Shown piece by piece: positions 1 through 9,299 of a DNA stretch of 22,107 nt. The first letter of the stretch is position 1, and each line of letters opens with the position of its first letter. The notes beneath the pieces were generated by a model that saw only the letters and a list, made by a program, of their open reading frames with translations, made no database searches and was not told where the DNA came from. Where the stretch lies: assembly GCA_046542505.1 (NCBI GenBank), contig JBKHBH010000027.1, positions 1-22,107 of the forward strand, read 5' to 3'. This stretch comes from Thermovirgaceae bacterium. GTDB lineage: Bacteria > Synergistota > Synergistia > Synergistales > Thermovirgaceae. The translations under genes were made by a program, and so were the position numbers.

Positions 1-21
1 TTGCGGAAAGGAGTGAAAACC

Positions 22-534
22 ATGTCAGCCTATCCAGCCATACTTGTCGAAAACGATTTTCACGATATCGAGTTCTGGTACCCCTATTACAGGATGCAGG
101 AGGCGGGGCTTGATCCTTTTGTGGTTGCGCCTGCGGCGCCCAAAATCTACCGCGGAAAATACGGCACCACCATCGAGGCCACCTATGATGCAGGCAGCCT
201 TCAGGCCAAACCCCCCTTGGCGGTGGTGATCCCTGGCGGCTGGGCTCCCGACAAGCTCCGCATGTCTTCCGATATCGTGCAGCTTGTCAGACATGTCTTC
301 GAAAACGGAGGCATCGTAGCCGGCATTTGCCATGCGGGAAGCCTTCTTGTATCAGCCGGCATCGTGGCAAATCTGAGGGTCACCAGCTATCCCAGCATCA
401 AGGACGACCTGATCGCAGCCGGAGCGGAGTGGGTCGATGCCCCGGTCGTCAATTCGAAAGGGCTCATCACCAGCCGGCGTCCTTCGGATCTGCCCTTTTT
501 CATGAAAGAAATCATCAGCAGCCTTTTGCCCTGA
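22..534 (+). CDS. PfpI/DJ-1 family (type 1 glutamine amidotransferase-like) protease/glyoxalase
   Basis: FHDIE, IPGGWAPDKLR, nucleophile elbow ICHA and ITSRRPSDLP motifs. AAGGAG SD precedes ATG22, preferred over the TTG at 1. Confidence 0.9.
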   Translation: MSAYPAILVENDFHDIEFWYPYYRMQEAGLDPFVVAPAAPKIYRGKYGTTIEATYDAGSLQAKPPLAVVIPGGWAPDKLRMSSDIVQLVRHVFENGGIVAGICHAGSLLVSAGIVANLRVTSYPSIKDDLIAAGAEWVDAPVVNSKGLITSRRPSDLPFFMKEIISSLLP

Positions 535-551
535 CCCCGGAACCGGATTCT

Positions 552-1352
552 TCAACGTGTACATTGCCGCTGCGCGAAGATTACGGCTTCCAGCTGCTTG
601 AGAATCGGGATTACATCCGGCAGGAGCGGAACGGGCCCGCCGAAAAGATTCGCTTCAGCGATCTCGCGGAGATCGGGAAAAACCATGGTACCTCCCTGGT
701 TTTCGGCGTTGAGGGCTTCAGCCAGTCTACCGAGGACCTCGGAATCAGACTTGTTGAGTATCGAAAGGCAGGGTTTTCCCTCATTTTCGGCAAGCTCGTT
801 CATGAATCGGGCAAAGAGCACGGACTCCCATGAAGGATCCAGCACGGAGAAGAATATGTCGCAGTGTTCGTAAAGACCGCGACCGACATGTTCAACACCT
901 GCTTCGGCATCCACAAGATAGATCCATCCGCCCTTGTGCAGACTCTCGATGAAATGCTGTCCCAGCATGAAAAGTGGGCAGGCACACCCCTCCTTCGGGG
1001 ACCTTATCTTGCCGATGCTGACAAGACAGAGATTGTCCCTGCCGCCCACACAGGAACGAGGCAGATCCCGAACGTGCAACTCTCCTTTTTTCCCGAAAAG
1101 ATCACAGGACCGGGATTCTCCGTCCCTGTTCCTGCAATCGAGCCACTTTTCCACAGCCTCCTTGCCGCCGAACTCCTCCGCCAGCGTCATTTCGGGAGCC
1201 TCGATTCCAAGCATCCTGTGAAGGCTCCCGTTGCTTTCGTCCGCATCGATCACGCAGACGGAACGGCCGTTTACTGCAAGATGGCGTGCGAGAAGGGCCG
1301 TCAGGGTGCTTTTGCCGCTCCCGCCCCTTCCGCAAAACAATCCTCTGCACAT
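552..1352 (-). CDS. cooC: CooC/AcsF-like MinD/ParA-family nickel-insertion ATPase
   Basis: Deviant Walker A GRGGSGKST, IDADES, CxC metal motif EGCACP, DAEAGVEH, LNK. GAGGTG SD upstream. Confidence 0.75.
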   Translation of the reverse strand: MCRGLFCGRGGSGKSTLTALLARHLAVNGRSVCVIDADESNGSLHRMLGIEAPEMTLAEEFGGKEAVEKWLDCRNRDGESRSCDLFGKKGELHVRDLPRSCVGGRDNLCLVSIGKIRSPKEGCACPLFMLGQHFIESLHKGGWIYLVDAEAGVEHVGRGLYEHCDIFFSVLDPSWESVLFARFMNELAENEGKPCLSILNKSDSEVLGRLAEALNAENQGGTMVFPDLREIAEANLFGGPVPLLPDVIPILKQLEAVIFAQRQCTR

Positions 1353-1486
1353 AACGCTGAATCACCTCTCAGATTAAAAACCGAAAAGGAAAAACATGTA
1401 AATCCTACGGGATTTTACCACGGACTCGGAAAAACAACCGGCTTCGGCGCATGATTTTTACAGTGTAGTGCTAACACGTTTTTTGA

Positions 1487-1996
1487 AAGGATCTGCAGGG
1501 ATCGTTTAGCAGCAGAGCGGGTGCGAAGGTTTACGTCGAAAAATCCCAAAGAATTGGTGGCGACGGAAGGAGGGACGCTCATTTCCGCGTACGTCTCGAC
1601 ACTATCTCCGTGATTGAAGGAATCGCCACAAGAAACGTTGACGGTACTTCCTCGGCATGGGACAGGGTTCCCAACAACGGCATATGGGCGATAGCAGTCG
1701 ACACTGAGGGGAACCTCCGGAACAGGTCTGACGGAAGCGTCCGTTTCGCCGTCGAGGGCAGGACATCTCTCGATTTCTGGGTCGCCGACAACGGTTCGAT
1801 CACTGCCGGATCGACACGCTACGAAGTGATCGTCAGGTTCAATGATGGGACCGCCATGCGGGGAATTGGCGGCCACACCAAATTGAACCTGTGGCTTGCG
1901 GATAACGGAAAGTTCAGTGTGGTACCGGAAAAGTTCGATGTTTTCGTTGTCTTTGAAGACGCCAGGATTCTCAAAAACTCGATAGCGAGGGATTAG
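1487..1996 (+). pseudogene. Probable 5'-truncated remnant of a repeat-domain (beta-rich, possibly secreted) hypothetical protein
   Basis: The frame of ORF 1610-1996 stays open back to TGA1484-1486 with protein-like sequence (KVYVEKSQRIGGDGRRDAHFRVRLD) but no ATG/GTG/TTG there. Internal repeat LDFWVADNG / LNLWLADNG. Confidence 0.5.
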
Positions 1997-2053
1997 CCCT
2001 TCAGCAACAGATCAGCCCTTCTTTCCCGGTGGGCCCGAATCGAGTCCACCTCT

Positions 2054-2965
2054 TTACTGGGAGGAAAGAGGCTTTCTTCCAAAAAAGCCGCCGCCCTCCA
2101 GGATAAGAATCACCACAGCACCAACGATCAGAGCCCCTCCTTTCAGGGCTTCCGGTGTGGGGCTTTCCTGAAGGAGAAATGATGCGAGGAACGTGGCAAA
2201 AAGAATTTCGGACATTGACGTTATCGCCGCCACGGAGCTTGGAATCCTTCTGAGCGCCAGGGATATAAGGACATAAGAAAAAACCGTCGGGAAGACAGCC
2301 AAATGCAGGAGCGATACCCACCCTGCAGCGGGAAGGTTCCCAAAATCCGGAATCTCTCCCAGAAAAACTGTTATCACCGTCATCAGCACCGCTCCCCACA
2401 GAAACATCTGGACAAAAGTCCTGACGGGATCGCGCCGCCCCGTCCCGTATCTGCTGTTTAGCATATAGAGGGAATACCCGATGCCAGAGGCAACGGCGCA
2501 AAAGGCACCCCAAAAGTCAAAGGTCCCTCCCTTTGGCCCTCCCACTGCAACCCAAACACCGATGAAACCGGCCATCATGGCTGTCACCCTCAAGGGAGTC
2601 AGGCGTTCCTTTCCCAGCACCGTCGCCCCGATGACCGTCCAGAAAGGATTCGTGTAAAAGAGGAGGACCGCAAGGCTCACGGGGATGGTCACAAAAGCGA
2701 TGTTCGAAAGATAATAGACGAAGACAATACCCGTGAGACCGGAAAAAACATGTTTCCAGACATCTTTCCCGCCCGGGCGCAGGGTTTCCGGATGTTTAAA
2801 AAAGGCATAGCAGCCTACGGCGACAGCACCAAAGACCGCCCTGACGAATGATACACCGGCTGGGGTGACACCCGCTTCGAAGGCGACGCGTTCCGCCGGT
2901 CCCAGGGAGCCAAAAAGAGCCGCAGCACAAAGAATCATGAGAATGCCGGCAAGATAGGGAGCCAT
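2054..2965 (-). CDS. DMT/EamA family transporter
   Basis: About 10 hydrophobic segments in two repeats, with LLFYTNPFWT...LGKERL and SEILFATFLASFLLQE EamA motifs. Confidence 0.9.
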   Translation of the reverse strand: MAPYLAGILMILCAAALFGSLGPAERVAFEAGVTPAGVSFVRAVFGAVAVGCYAFFKHPETLRPGGKDVWKHVFSGLTGIVFVYYLSNIAFVTIPVSLAVLLFYTNPFWTVIGATVLGKERLTPLRVTAMMAGFIGVWVAVGGPKGGTFDFWGAFCAVASGIGYSLYMLNSRYGTGRRDPVRTFVQMFLWGAVLMTVITVFLGEIPDFGNLPAAGWVSLLHLAVFPTVFSYVLISLALRRIPSSVAAITSMSEILFATFLASFLLQESPTPEALKGGALIVGAVVILILEGGGFFGRKPLSSQ

Positions 2966-2974
2966 AAGCTTTTT

Positions 2975-3697
2975 TTACACTCCGGACCGTGCGATTTCCC
3001 GCACGCCTCTCGAGGTCCCGACAAAAGCCCGTGAGGCCAGGCCGCAGAAGAGGCCCGTTTCCAGTATCCCCGGGATGTTTTTGAGTCGGGCTTCAAACCC
3101 AGGGGCGTCCTGAAGGATTCCCGTCTCGACATCCAGGATATAATGCCCTCCATCGGTCAAAAAAGGCCTGTTCCGTTTGTCATCGCGTCGCAATACGGGT
3201 TTCCCGCAGGTCTCAAAGAGATTTTTCATGGTCCATATGAATCCGAAGGGCTCTATCTCCACGGGGATGGGAAAACCCTGGCCTCCCGGTTTTTCTACGA
3301 GTTTCCTTTCATCAACGATGACGATGAACTCCCGGGCCGAAGCCGCAACGATTTTCTCCCGGAGCAACGCCCCCCCGTATCCCTTGACAAGCGTCAGGTC
3401 CGGGGTGACGCAATCGGCTCCGTCTACGCAGAGATCAACCCCCCTGTCGTCCAGGTCAGTCAGCGGTATTCCGAGCCTGCGGGCCTCCGCAGCGGTTCTT
3501 TCCGAAGTCGGAATTCCCCAGACATTAACCAGGCGGTGTTCCTTCAGGGCGCCCGCCAGTTTCGAGAGGAAAATTTCCACAGTCCAGCCTGTACCAAGGC
3601 CAAGGATCATTCCACCCCTAACCCGTTCCAGGGCTTTTTCCGCCGCAGCTTCCCGCATCCAGATGACTTCGGGGGTGTTTATCCCTTCGTCTTTCAT
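2975..3697 (-). CDS. rpiA: Ribose-5-phosphate isomerase A
   Basis: GLGTG, DGAD, KGYGGALLREKIVA, IPVEI, TDGGHYILD and IPGILETGLF signatures. Confidence 0.95.
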   Translation of the reverse strand: MKDEGINTPEVIWMREAAAEKALERVRGGMILGLGTGWTVEIFLSKLAGALKEHRLVNVWGIPTSERTAAEARRLGIPLTDLDDRGVDLCVDGADCVTPDLTLVKGYGGALLREKIVAASAREFIVIVDERKLVEKPGGQGFPIPVEIEPFGFIWTMKNLFETCGKPVLRRDDKRNRPFLTDGGHYILDVETGILQDAPGFEARLKNIPGILETGLFCGLASRAFVGTSRGVREIARSGV

Positions 3698-3730
3698 GCA
3701 TGTCCCCCTTTCACCGGCTCTCGCGACAGG

Positions 3731-3760
3731 TTGTCCCCTTTCCTGAGGTTCCGGTATAAT
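3731..3760 (+). promoter_or_regulatory. Candidate sigma70 promoter (TTGTCC-N18-TATAAT) facing otsA
   Basis: Perfect -10 at 3755-3760 in the AT-rich divergent rpiA/otsA region. A second, palindromic ATTATAAT at 3763-3770 could act as a -10 on either strand. Confidence 0.35.
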
Positions 3761-4050
3761 AGATTATAATAGTTTTGTAATATTCCGATTCCGTTCCATT
3801 GCGGTGGAACCCTTTGAAATTCTACCAGAGTCCGGCAGGGAACGTTTACATATCATTGCTTTTCACCTCTCTTCTCAAATGCTGAAAGCGTTGGCCGGAA
3901 ACGTCATGGCACCGCATCAAGGTTACCCGCCGCATGGCACGGATCTTCCAGGTGTCGTTTCTTGTCCTCCTTTTCGCAAAGCTTTTGACTCTTTCTCTGC
4001 GATCTTCGCACACGAAACAGGCACCTCGACAATGAAAGGAGTGACTTCCT

Positions 4051-5604
4051 GTGGCTGGGAAACACGGAAGCCGTTTTGTCATCGTTTCCAACAGGTTGCC
4101 TCTCAAACTGGAGAAAAAGGGCAGAAAATGGGAAGTAACCCCGTCCTCGGGCGGTCTCGTGTCGGCCCTGAATCCCATTCTGAAAAACCGGGGAGGCATA
4201 TGGATCGGCTGGACAGGAACAACGGAACACATCGGGATGGATACCCTTCGGCATATACTCGGACCAGCTTCGAAGGAAGCAGGATACAGGACTTTCCCCG
4301 TTCGCCTGACGCATGAAGAAGTCTCCAAATACTATTACGGCTTTTCCAACGAAGTCATATGGCCCCTGTTTCACGACCTCCAGAGCCGTTGCAACTTCGA
4401 CCCCGAGTACTGGAAAGCCTACCGGCACGTCAACCAGAAGTTTGCCCGTACCGTTTCACGGCACAGCCGGGAGGAGGACTTCATCTGGATTCACGACTAC
4501 CAACTCATACCATTGGCCTTCCAGTTGAAAAGGCTCAATGTCAAAAGGCGCTGCGTGTTTTTCCTGCACATTCCTTTTCCTCCACTCGACATCTTCCTGA
4601 AGCTGCCCTGGCGGATCGAGATTCTGCAGGATTTCCTCCAATATGATTTCATCGCCTTCCAGACCGCACGTGACAGGAGGAATTTCGTGGAATGCCTCCG
4701 TGCCATGTTCAGGGGCACCAGGACCAAAGGGCGAGGCCCCATAGTCACCGTACACTGCATGGACAGGAAAATCCGGGTCGGCGAGATGCCAATAAGCATC
4801 GATTACAGGACCTTCGCGCGACGATCTGGATCCGAAGAGGTCCGGAAACTGCTCAAGGAACACCGCAAGCGGCTCCACAGGAACACAGTCATACTTGGCG
4901 TTGACAGGCTGGACTACACCAAGGGCATTCCCGAACGCCTCAAGGCGTATCATCTGGCATTGAAAAAACACCCTGAACTCAGGGAAAACATCACACTGGT
5001 GCAAATCATCGTCCCCAGCCGCGAGGAAGTTCCCGCATACCAGTCACTCAGGGAACAGATCGAACGGCTGGTGAGCACCATCAACGGCGAGTTCACCACA
5101 CCGGGCTGGGTCCCCGTCCATTACATGTACAAATCCGTCCCGAAAGACGAGCTTCTCGCCTTCTACCGCCTTGCGGACATCGCGCTCATCACTCCCCTCA
5201 AGGACGGCATGAATCTCGTCTCCAAGGAATACTGCGCCTGCCAGACGGATAACGACGGCGTGCTCATTCTCAGCGAGTTCGCCGGTTCCGCGGCGCAGAT
5301 GCAACGTGACGCCATCATGGTAAACTCATATGACATCGAGGGAATCGCCGATGCGATTTACGAAGCCGTCAAAATGCCTCCGAAGGAAAAACATGAACGC
5401 ATGCGTCGCCTGAGACGGAACCTGAGACGACGGGACGTGTTCTGGTGGGTGGACAACTTCCTGAGAGCTGCCACCGGTCAGGCGCTGGTGGACTTCCCCG
5501 AATCCGAAATGGCCCCGATTCTACACGCCATCCAGCCACGGGGGCCGAAGCAGAAAAATCGCGGTTTCGGATATGATGCGGCAGAAAAGGATTACAGGAG
5601 TTAA
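4051..5604 (+). CDS. otsA: GT20 family trehalose-6-phosphate synthase-like glycosyltransferase
   Basis: VSNRLP, GGLV, WIGW, WPLFH, WIHDYQL, FLHIPFP, GVDRLDYTKG, DGMNLVSKEY, LSEFAG. GTG start with AAGGAG SD. Confidence 0.9.
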   Translation: MAGKHGSRFVIVSNRLPLKLEKKGRKWEVTPSSGGLVSALNPILKNRGGIWIGWTGTTEHIGMDTLRHILGPASKEAGYRTFPVRLTHEEVSKYYYGFSNEVIWPLFHDLQSRCNFDPEYWKAYRHVNQKFARTVSRHSREEDFIWIHDYQLIPLAFQLKRLNVKRRCVFFLHIPFPPLDIFLKLPWRIEILQDFLQYDFIAFQTARDRRNFVECLRAMFRGTRTKGRGPIVTVHCMDRKIRVGEMPISIDYRTFARRSGSEEVRKLLKEHRKRLHRNTVILGVDRLDYTKGIPERLKAYHLALKKHPELRENITLVQIIVPSREEVPAYQSLREQIERLVSTINGEFTTPGWVPVHYMYKSVPKDELLAFYRLADIALITPLKDGMNLVSKEYCACQTDNDGVLILSEFAGSAAQMQRDAIMVNSYDIEGIADAIYEAVKMPPKEKHERMRRLRRNLRRRDVFWWVDNFLRAATGQALVDFPESEMAPILHAIQPRGPKQKNRGFGYDAAEKDYRS

Positions 5605-5618
5605 AGGGAGGAAAACCA

Positions 5619-6845
5619 ATGGCACAAGCGATAAACGTGACGAAAGGAATTCACTGGGTCGGAGTAAACGACCACCAGTCGGACCTCTTCGAGTCCCTAT
5701 GGCCTCTTCCCAGGGGAGTCACCTATAACAGCTACCTCATCGACGACGAGAAGACCGTACTGATAGACACGGTCAAAGCGCCCTTCCTGACGGACCTCAT
5801 CGACCGGATCAGGGAAGTCCTCGGGCCAGGCAGGAGCCTGGATTATCTGGTCATCAACCACATGGAACCCGATCACTCGGGAGCAGTGAAGATTCTCAAG
5901 ACGGTCTTTCCCGATCTGAAAATCATCGGCAATACCAAGACAAAGGACCTTCTGGAAAGCTTTTACACTCTCACTGATGACGTGATCGTCATGAAAGACG
6001 GAGAGACCCTCGACATCGGAAGCCGGAATCTCCAGTTCTTCATGATCCCCATGGTTCACTGGCCGGAAACCATGGTGACATGGGACGCATCCACAAAGAC
6101 ACTTTTCCCCTGCGATGCCTTCGGCGGTTTCGGGGCACTGGACGGCGGACTCTTCGACGACGAAGTGGACATGAACTTCTACGAAGGGGAGATTTTGCGG
6201 TACTTCTCCAACATTGTCGGTCGCTACAGCCCCCAGGTGCAAAAAGCGATCGGCAAACTCAAGGGACTGGGGGAAATACGCATCATCGCACCCTCTCACG
6301 GGCCGATACACAGGAAAAAACCCGGAAGGATCGTGGAGCTTTATGACCGCTGGAGCCGTCACGAGACGGAATGTGGTGCCGTCATCGTCTTCGGATCCAT
6401 GTACGGAAACACCCAGAAGGCCGCCGATGCCGTGGCACGGTCCCTGGCGGAAGAAGGCATCGAAAAGATGGTCTACCACGACATTTCCAGGAGCCACGTC
6501 TCCTTCATCGTCCGTGATATCTGGAGATACAAGGGACTTGTGCTGGCCGGCTGCACCTATAACACGACCCTCTTCCCTCCCATGACCGAACTTGTCGGCC
6601 ACCTGCTCAACAAGAAGATGAAAAACCGGTACCTTGGACTGGTGGGATCCTACAGCTGGAGCAAGGGAGCCCTCGCGGCCCTGCAGGATTTCGCCTCCAA
6701 AGGAGACTGGGAGATCATCGAACCCCAGGTGGAAGTCAAGTCCTCGCCCGGGCCTGAAGACTTCTCCGCCTGCGGACAGCTGGGGAAAAACCTCGCCGCA
6801 AAACTCAAAAGCTGCACCTATCTCGAAAAGTGTTCTCTGGACTAG
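5619..6845 (+). CDS. fprA: Class A flavodiiron protein (metallo-beta-lactamase + flavodoxin), O2/NO reductase
   Basis: TYNSYLI, HMEPDHSG, HWPE, CDAFG, PSHGP and flavodoxin SMYGNT. GGAGG SD, 14 nt after the otsA stop. Confidence 0.92.
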   Translation: MAQAINVTKGIHWVGVNDHQSDLFESLWPLPRGVTYNSYLIDDEKTVLIDTVKAPFLTDLIDRIREVLGPGRSLDYLVINHMEPDHSGAVKILKTVFPDLKIIGNTKTKDLLESFYTLTDDVIVMKDGETLDIGSRNLQFFMIPMVHWPETMVTWDASTKTLFPCDAFGGFGALDGGLFDDEVDMNFYEGEILRYFSNIVGRYSPQVQKAIGKLKGLGEIRIIAPSHGPIHRKKPGRIVELYDRWSRHETECGAVIVFGSMYGNTQKAADAVARSLAEEGIEKMVYHDISRSHVSFIVRDIWRYKGLVLAGCTYNTTLFPPMTELVGHLLNKKMKNRYLGLVGSYSWSKGALAALQDFASKGDWEIIEPQVEVKSSPGPEDFSACGQLGKNLAAKLKSCTYLEKCSLD

Positions 6846-6873
6846 GTCTCGACAATTTTGACAAGCAATTCGC

Positions 6874-6913
6874 AGAGCGTGTGATTTCCAAGGAAATCAC
6901 ACGCTCTTTTTTT
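6874..6913 (+). terminator. Intrinsic terminator after fprA, possibly also serving the convergent yjbQ
   Basis: Perfect 16-bp inverted repeat AGAGCGTGTGATTTCC-AA-GGAAATCACACGCTCT followed by a T run. Confidence 0.85.
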
Positions 6914-6917
6914 GCCT

Positions 6918-7316
6918 TCAGGCTTCATCCACACGCACAAAGACGTTCCTTGTCCTGGGGCCGTCGAACTCGCACAGGAAAATGCCCTGCCAGGTTCCGA
7001 GCAGGAACTTTCCCTCCTCAACCAGAAGTGCCAGATCCGGTCCGACGAGCGTTGCCTTGATGTGAGCCGCAGAGTTTCCCTCCGCATGACCGTAATTGTC
7101 CCCCCAGGGGACGAGCTTTTCCAGGGACATCAGGATGTCAGCTGCCACGTCCGGGTCTGCAGACTCGTTGACGGTAACGGCGGCTGTCGTGTGCGGAACG
7201 AAAATCCGGCAGACACCGAGGCGGACACCCGATTCCGACACGGCGAGAGCTATTTCACGCGTGATATCGACCATCTGTGACCTTGATTTCGTCGATATTT
7301 TCAGGGTCTTGTGCAT
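6918..7316 (-). CDS. yjbQ: YjbQ/UPF0047 family protein
   Basis: HTTAAVTVNE, EGNSAAHIKA and LGTWQGIFLCEFDG. AAGGAGG SD. Confidence 0.92.
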   Translation of the reverse strand: MHKTLKISTKSRSQMVDITREIALAVSESGVRLGVCRIFVPHTTAAVTVNESADPDVAADILMSLEKLVPWGDNYGHAEGNSAAHIKATLVGPDLALLVEEGKFLLGTWQGIFLCEFDGPRTRNVFVRVDEA

Positions 7317-7407
7317 GGATTCGCCTCCTTTCGCCAGGGTCTTGCTTTGACTTCCGTTTCAAGAAGTGTTAGGATTACCTAACTTATAGGATAAGGAGTC
7401 CTTTGCA

Positions 7408-8447
7408 ATGGGAAGCTTTTTCGCCTCAATCTTCCAGGGAGCCTGGTCGCATCGGCGCCGTTCATGCTCTTCGGATTTCTGGCATCGGGCCTTCTCAAAG
7501 TCTTTCTCCCCCGTGATTTCGTCAGAAAACACCTGGGTGAAAGAAAAGTCATGTCCATCTTCAAGGCTGCCCTTCTGGGCGTTCCATTGCCCCTGTGCAG
7601 CTGTTCCGTTCTCCCGGCGGCGGCGGAACTGAAGCGCCAGGGCGCCCGCAGGGGTGCCGTCGGAGCTTTCCTCGTCTCGACACCGGAAAGCGGTATCGAC
7701 TCCATAGCCGTAACCTGGGCCCTCCTTGACCCGATCATGACGGTCCTTCGGCCACTGGCGGCCTTCCTGACAGCGGCCGCGACGGGACTCGGAATCCTCG
7801 CCACGGAAAACGATGACCAGCTCCCGCCGGATCCGTGTCTCCCTGATGAAGCCTGTTCCTGTCACGATCACGAGCACCCGGTTGAGCCAAAGGCATCATT
7901 CGGTTCAAGAATCAGCGACGCCTTCCGGTACGGTTTTCTCGAACTCGTGGAAGACATCGGCCCGTGGTTTGCCGGAGGGGTTCTCCTGGCGGGCGTCCTT
8001 CAGACACTGCTGCCCGCCGATCTCATCCCGAAAACGCTCGGTACGGGCATGCTGTCGATACTGGCGACTCTGGCCGTTTCCGTCCCGCTTTACATCTGTG
8101 CCTCCGCCAGCACGCCTGTTGTCGCTTCCCTGGCCCTGAAGGGCCTTTCCCCGGGGGCGGCTCTGGTCTTCCTTCTTGCGGGGCCGGCCACGAACATCAC
8201 TTCCCTGACGGTGATTGCCGGGATCCTTGGCCGAAAGGCAGCAGCCATCTATCTTGCGACGATTGTTGTATTTTCGGTGTTTCTCGGACTTGCAGCAAAC
8301 TCTTTCTACGAAACATTGGGGCTTGACGCGTCAAGATGGCTTGCAGGCGGCACGAAGGAGTCACCCGGGCTGTTTTCCATTGCATGCGGGATTGTGCTCT
8401 CTGTCTTGCTCCTGCGGGCTGTGGCCCTTCGCTTTCTGTCGCGGTAG
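7408..8447 (+). pseudogene. DUF318/SO_0444-like permease (putative metal efflux), frameshifted near 7447-7449
   Basis: PLPLCSCSVLP, STPESG, YICASAS, LLAGPATN and a Cys/His-rich linker. The SD-supported ATG7408 (MGSFFASIFQGAWS) is out of frame with the main ORF (ASAPFMLFG..., 7464-8447). Confidence 0.65.
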
Positions 8448-8537
8448 CATGGCGTCTCCGGCGGTGGCGGCTTTACAGGCGCCCTGTCTTGCGAAACAAT
8501 TCCCGGGGAGACCCTCAATTCGGAGGAAGGGCCAATC

Positions 8538-9299
8538 ATGCCTGTCTGGCTGGTTTTTCACGGAGACCTCGTCGATCTGCTCAACAAGAACACGGATCCC
8601 GGGTCCGTCAGGGAACTGTTCCGGACGGCCCCCGTCAAGGACCTTGTGGAATCCCAGGGTATCCCCCATACCGAAGCAGGGAGCATCGTCACCGCGGAAG
8701 GAGGCGAAAAAGCCTTTGACTATACACCAGGGTCCGGTGAAACACTTCATGTTTACCCTCACAAGCCTCCCGTGGACGTTACGAAAGGTTCCCTTCTTTT
8801 CCCCCACCCCTTTGGAGAAATCCGTTTCATTGTCGACGTCAACGTCGGGCGTCTCGCAAAACTGCTCAGAATCGCCGGTTTCGACACCCTCTACAACCAG
8901 AAATGGGAGGACAGTGAAATAGCAGAAAAAGCCCGGGAGGAAGAGCGCATCCTCCTCACCAGGGACCGTGAACTTCTCAAGCGGAACGCCGTCATCCGGG
9001 GCCGACTGATCAGGTCACCGGACCCATGGGACCAATTCGGTGAAGTCGTCACCTTCTTCGGACTGCGAGAGAAAATCGACCTGTTCTCCCGATGCCCCAA
9101 ATGCAACGGGCCTTTAAAGACAGTGGACAAGGAGGAAATTATCGATCAACTCGAGCCTTTGACCCGCCTCATGTATGACACCTTTACACGATGCCCCGGG
9201 TGCGGCCAGATCTACTGGTGCGGGTCCCATCACTCCCGCATACGGGAAAAAATGGCCGCTTCGCTGTCAAGAGCCTGCCCTTCTAACGGGAGGCGCTGA
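8538..9299 (+). CDS. Mut7-C RNase domain protein with N-terminal ubiquitin-like domain and C-terminal Zn ribbon
   Basis: VKDLVESQGIPHTE, FIVDVNVGRLAKLLR, RILLTRD, SRCPKCN...CPGCGQIYWCGSH. GGAGG SD. Confidence 0.88.
   Translation: MPVWLVFHGDLVDLLNKNTDPGSVRELFRTAPVKDLVESQGIPHTEAGSIVTAEGGEKAFDYTPGSGETLHVYPHKPPVDVTKGSLLFPHPFGEIRFIVDVNVGRLAKLLRIAGFDTLYNQKWEDSEIAEKAREEERILLTRDRELLKRNAVIRGRLIRSPDPWDQFGEVVTFFGLREKIDLFSRCPKCNGPLKTVDKEEIIDQLEPLTRLMYDTFTRCPGCGQIYWCGSHHSRIREKMAASLSRACPSNGRR

Noticed and set aside
1449..1477. NikR or CIRCE operator upstream of the cooC-like gene
   Set aside because: Only one half-site-like string matches (TAACAC or AGTGCTAA). Spacing and the partner half-site do not fit.
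3963..3977. 15-nt exact repeat TGTCCTCCTTTTCGC, also at 13473-13487
   Set aside because: It is mostly an SD complement, has only two copies and no flanking similarity.
5697..6602. Long antisense or alternative-frame ORFs, also 12599-13456, 17269-17991 and 9175-9945
   Set aside because: They are shadows of well-supported genes on the opposite strand and carry no recognisable motifs.
6880..6901. CRP site (TGTGA...TCACA) within the fprA hairpin
   Set aside because: The spacer is 12 nt rather than 6, and the site lies between convergent genes. A terminator explains it.
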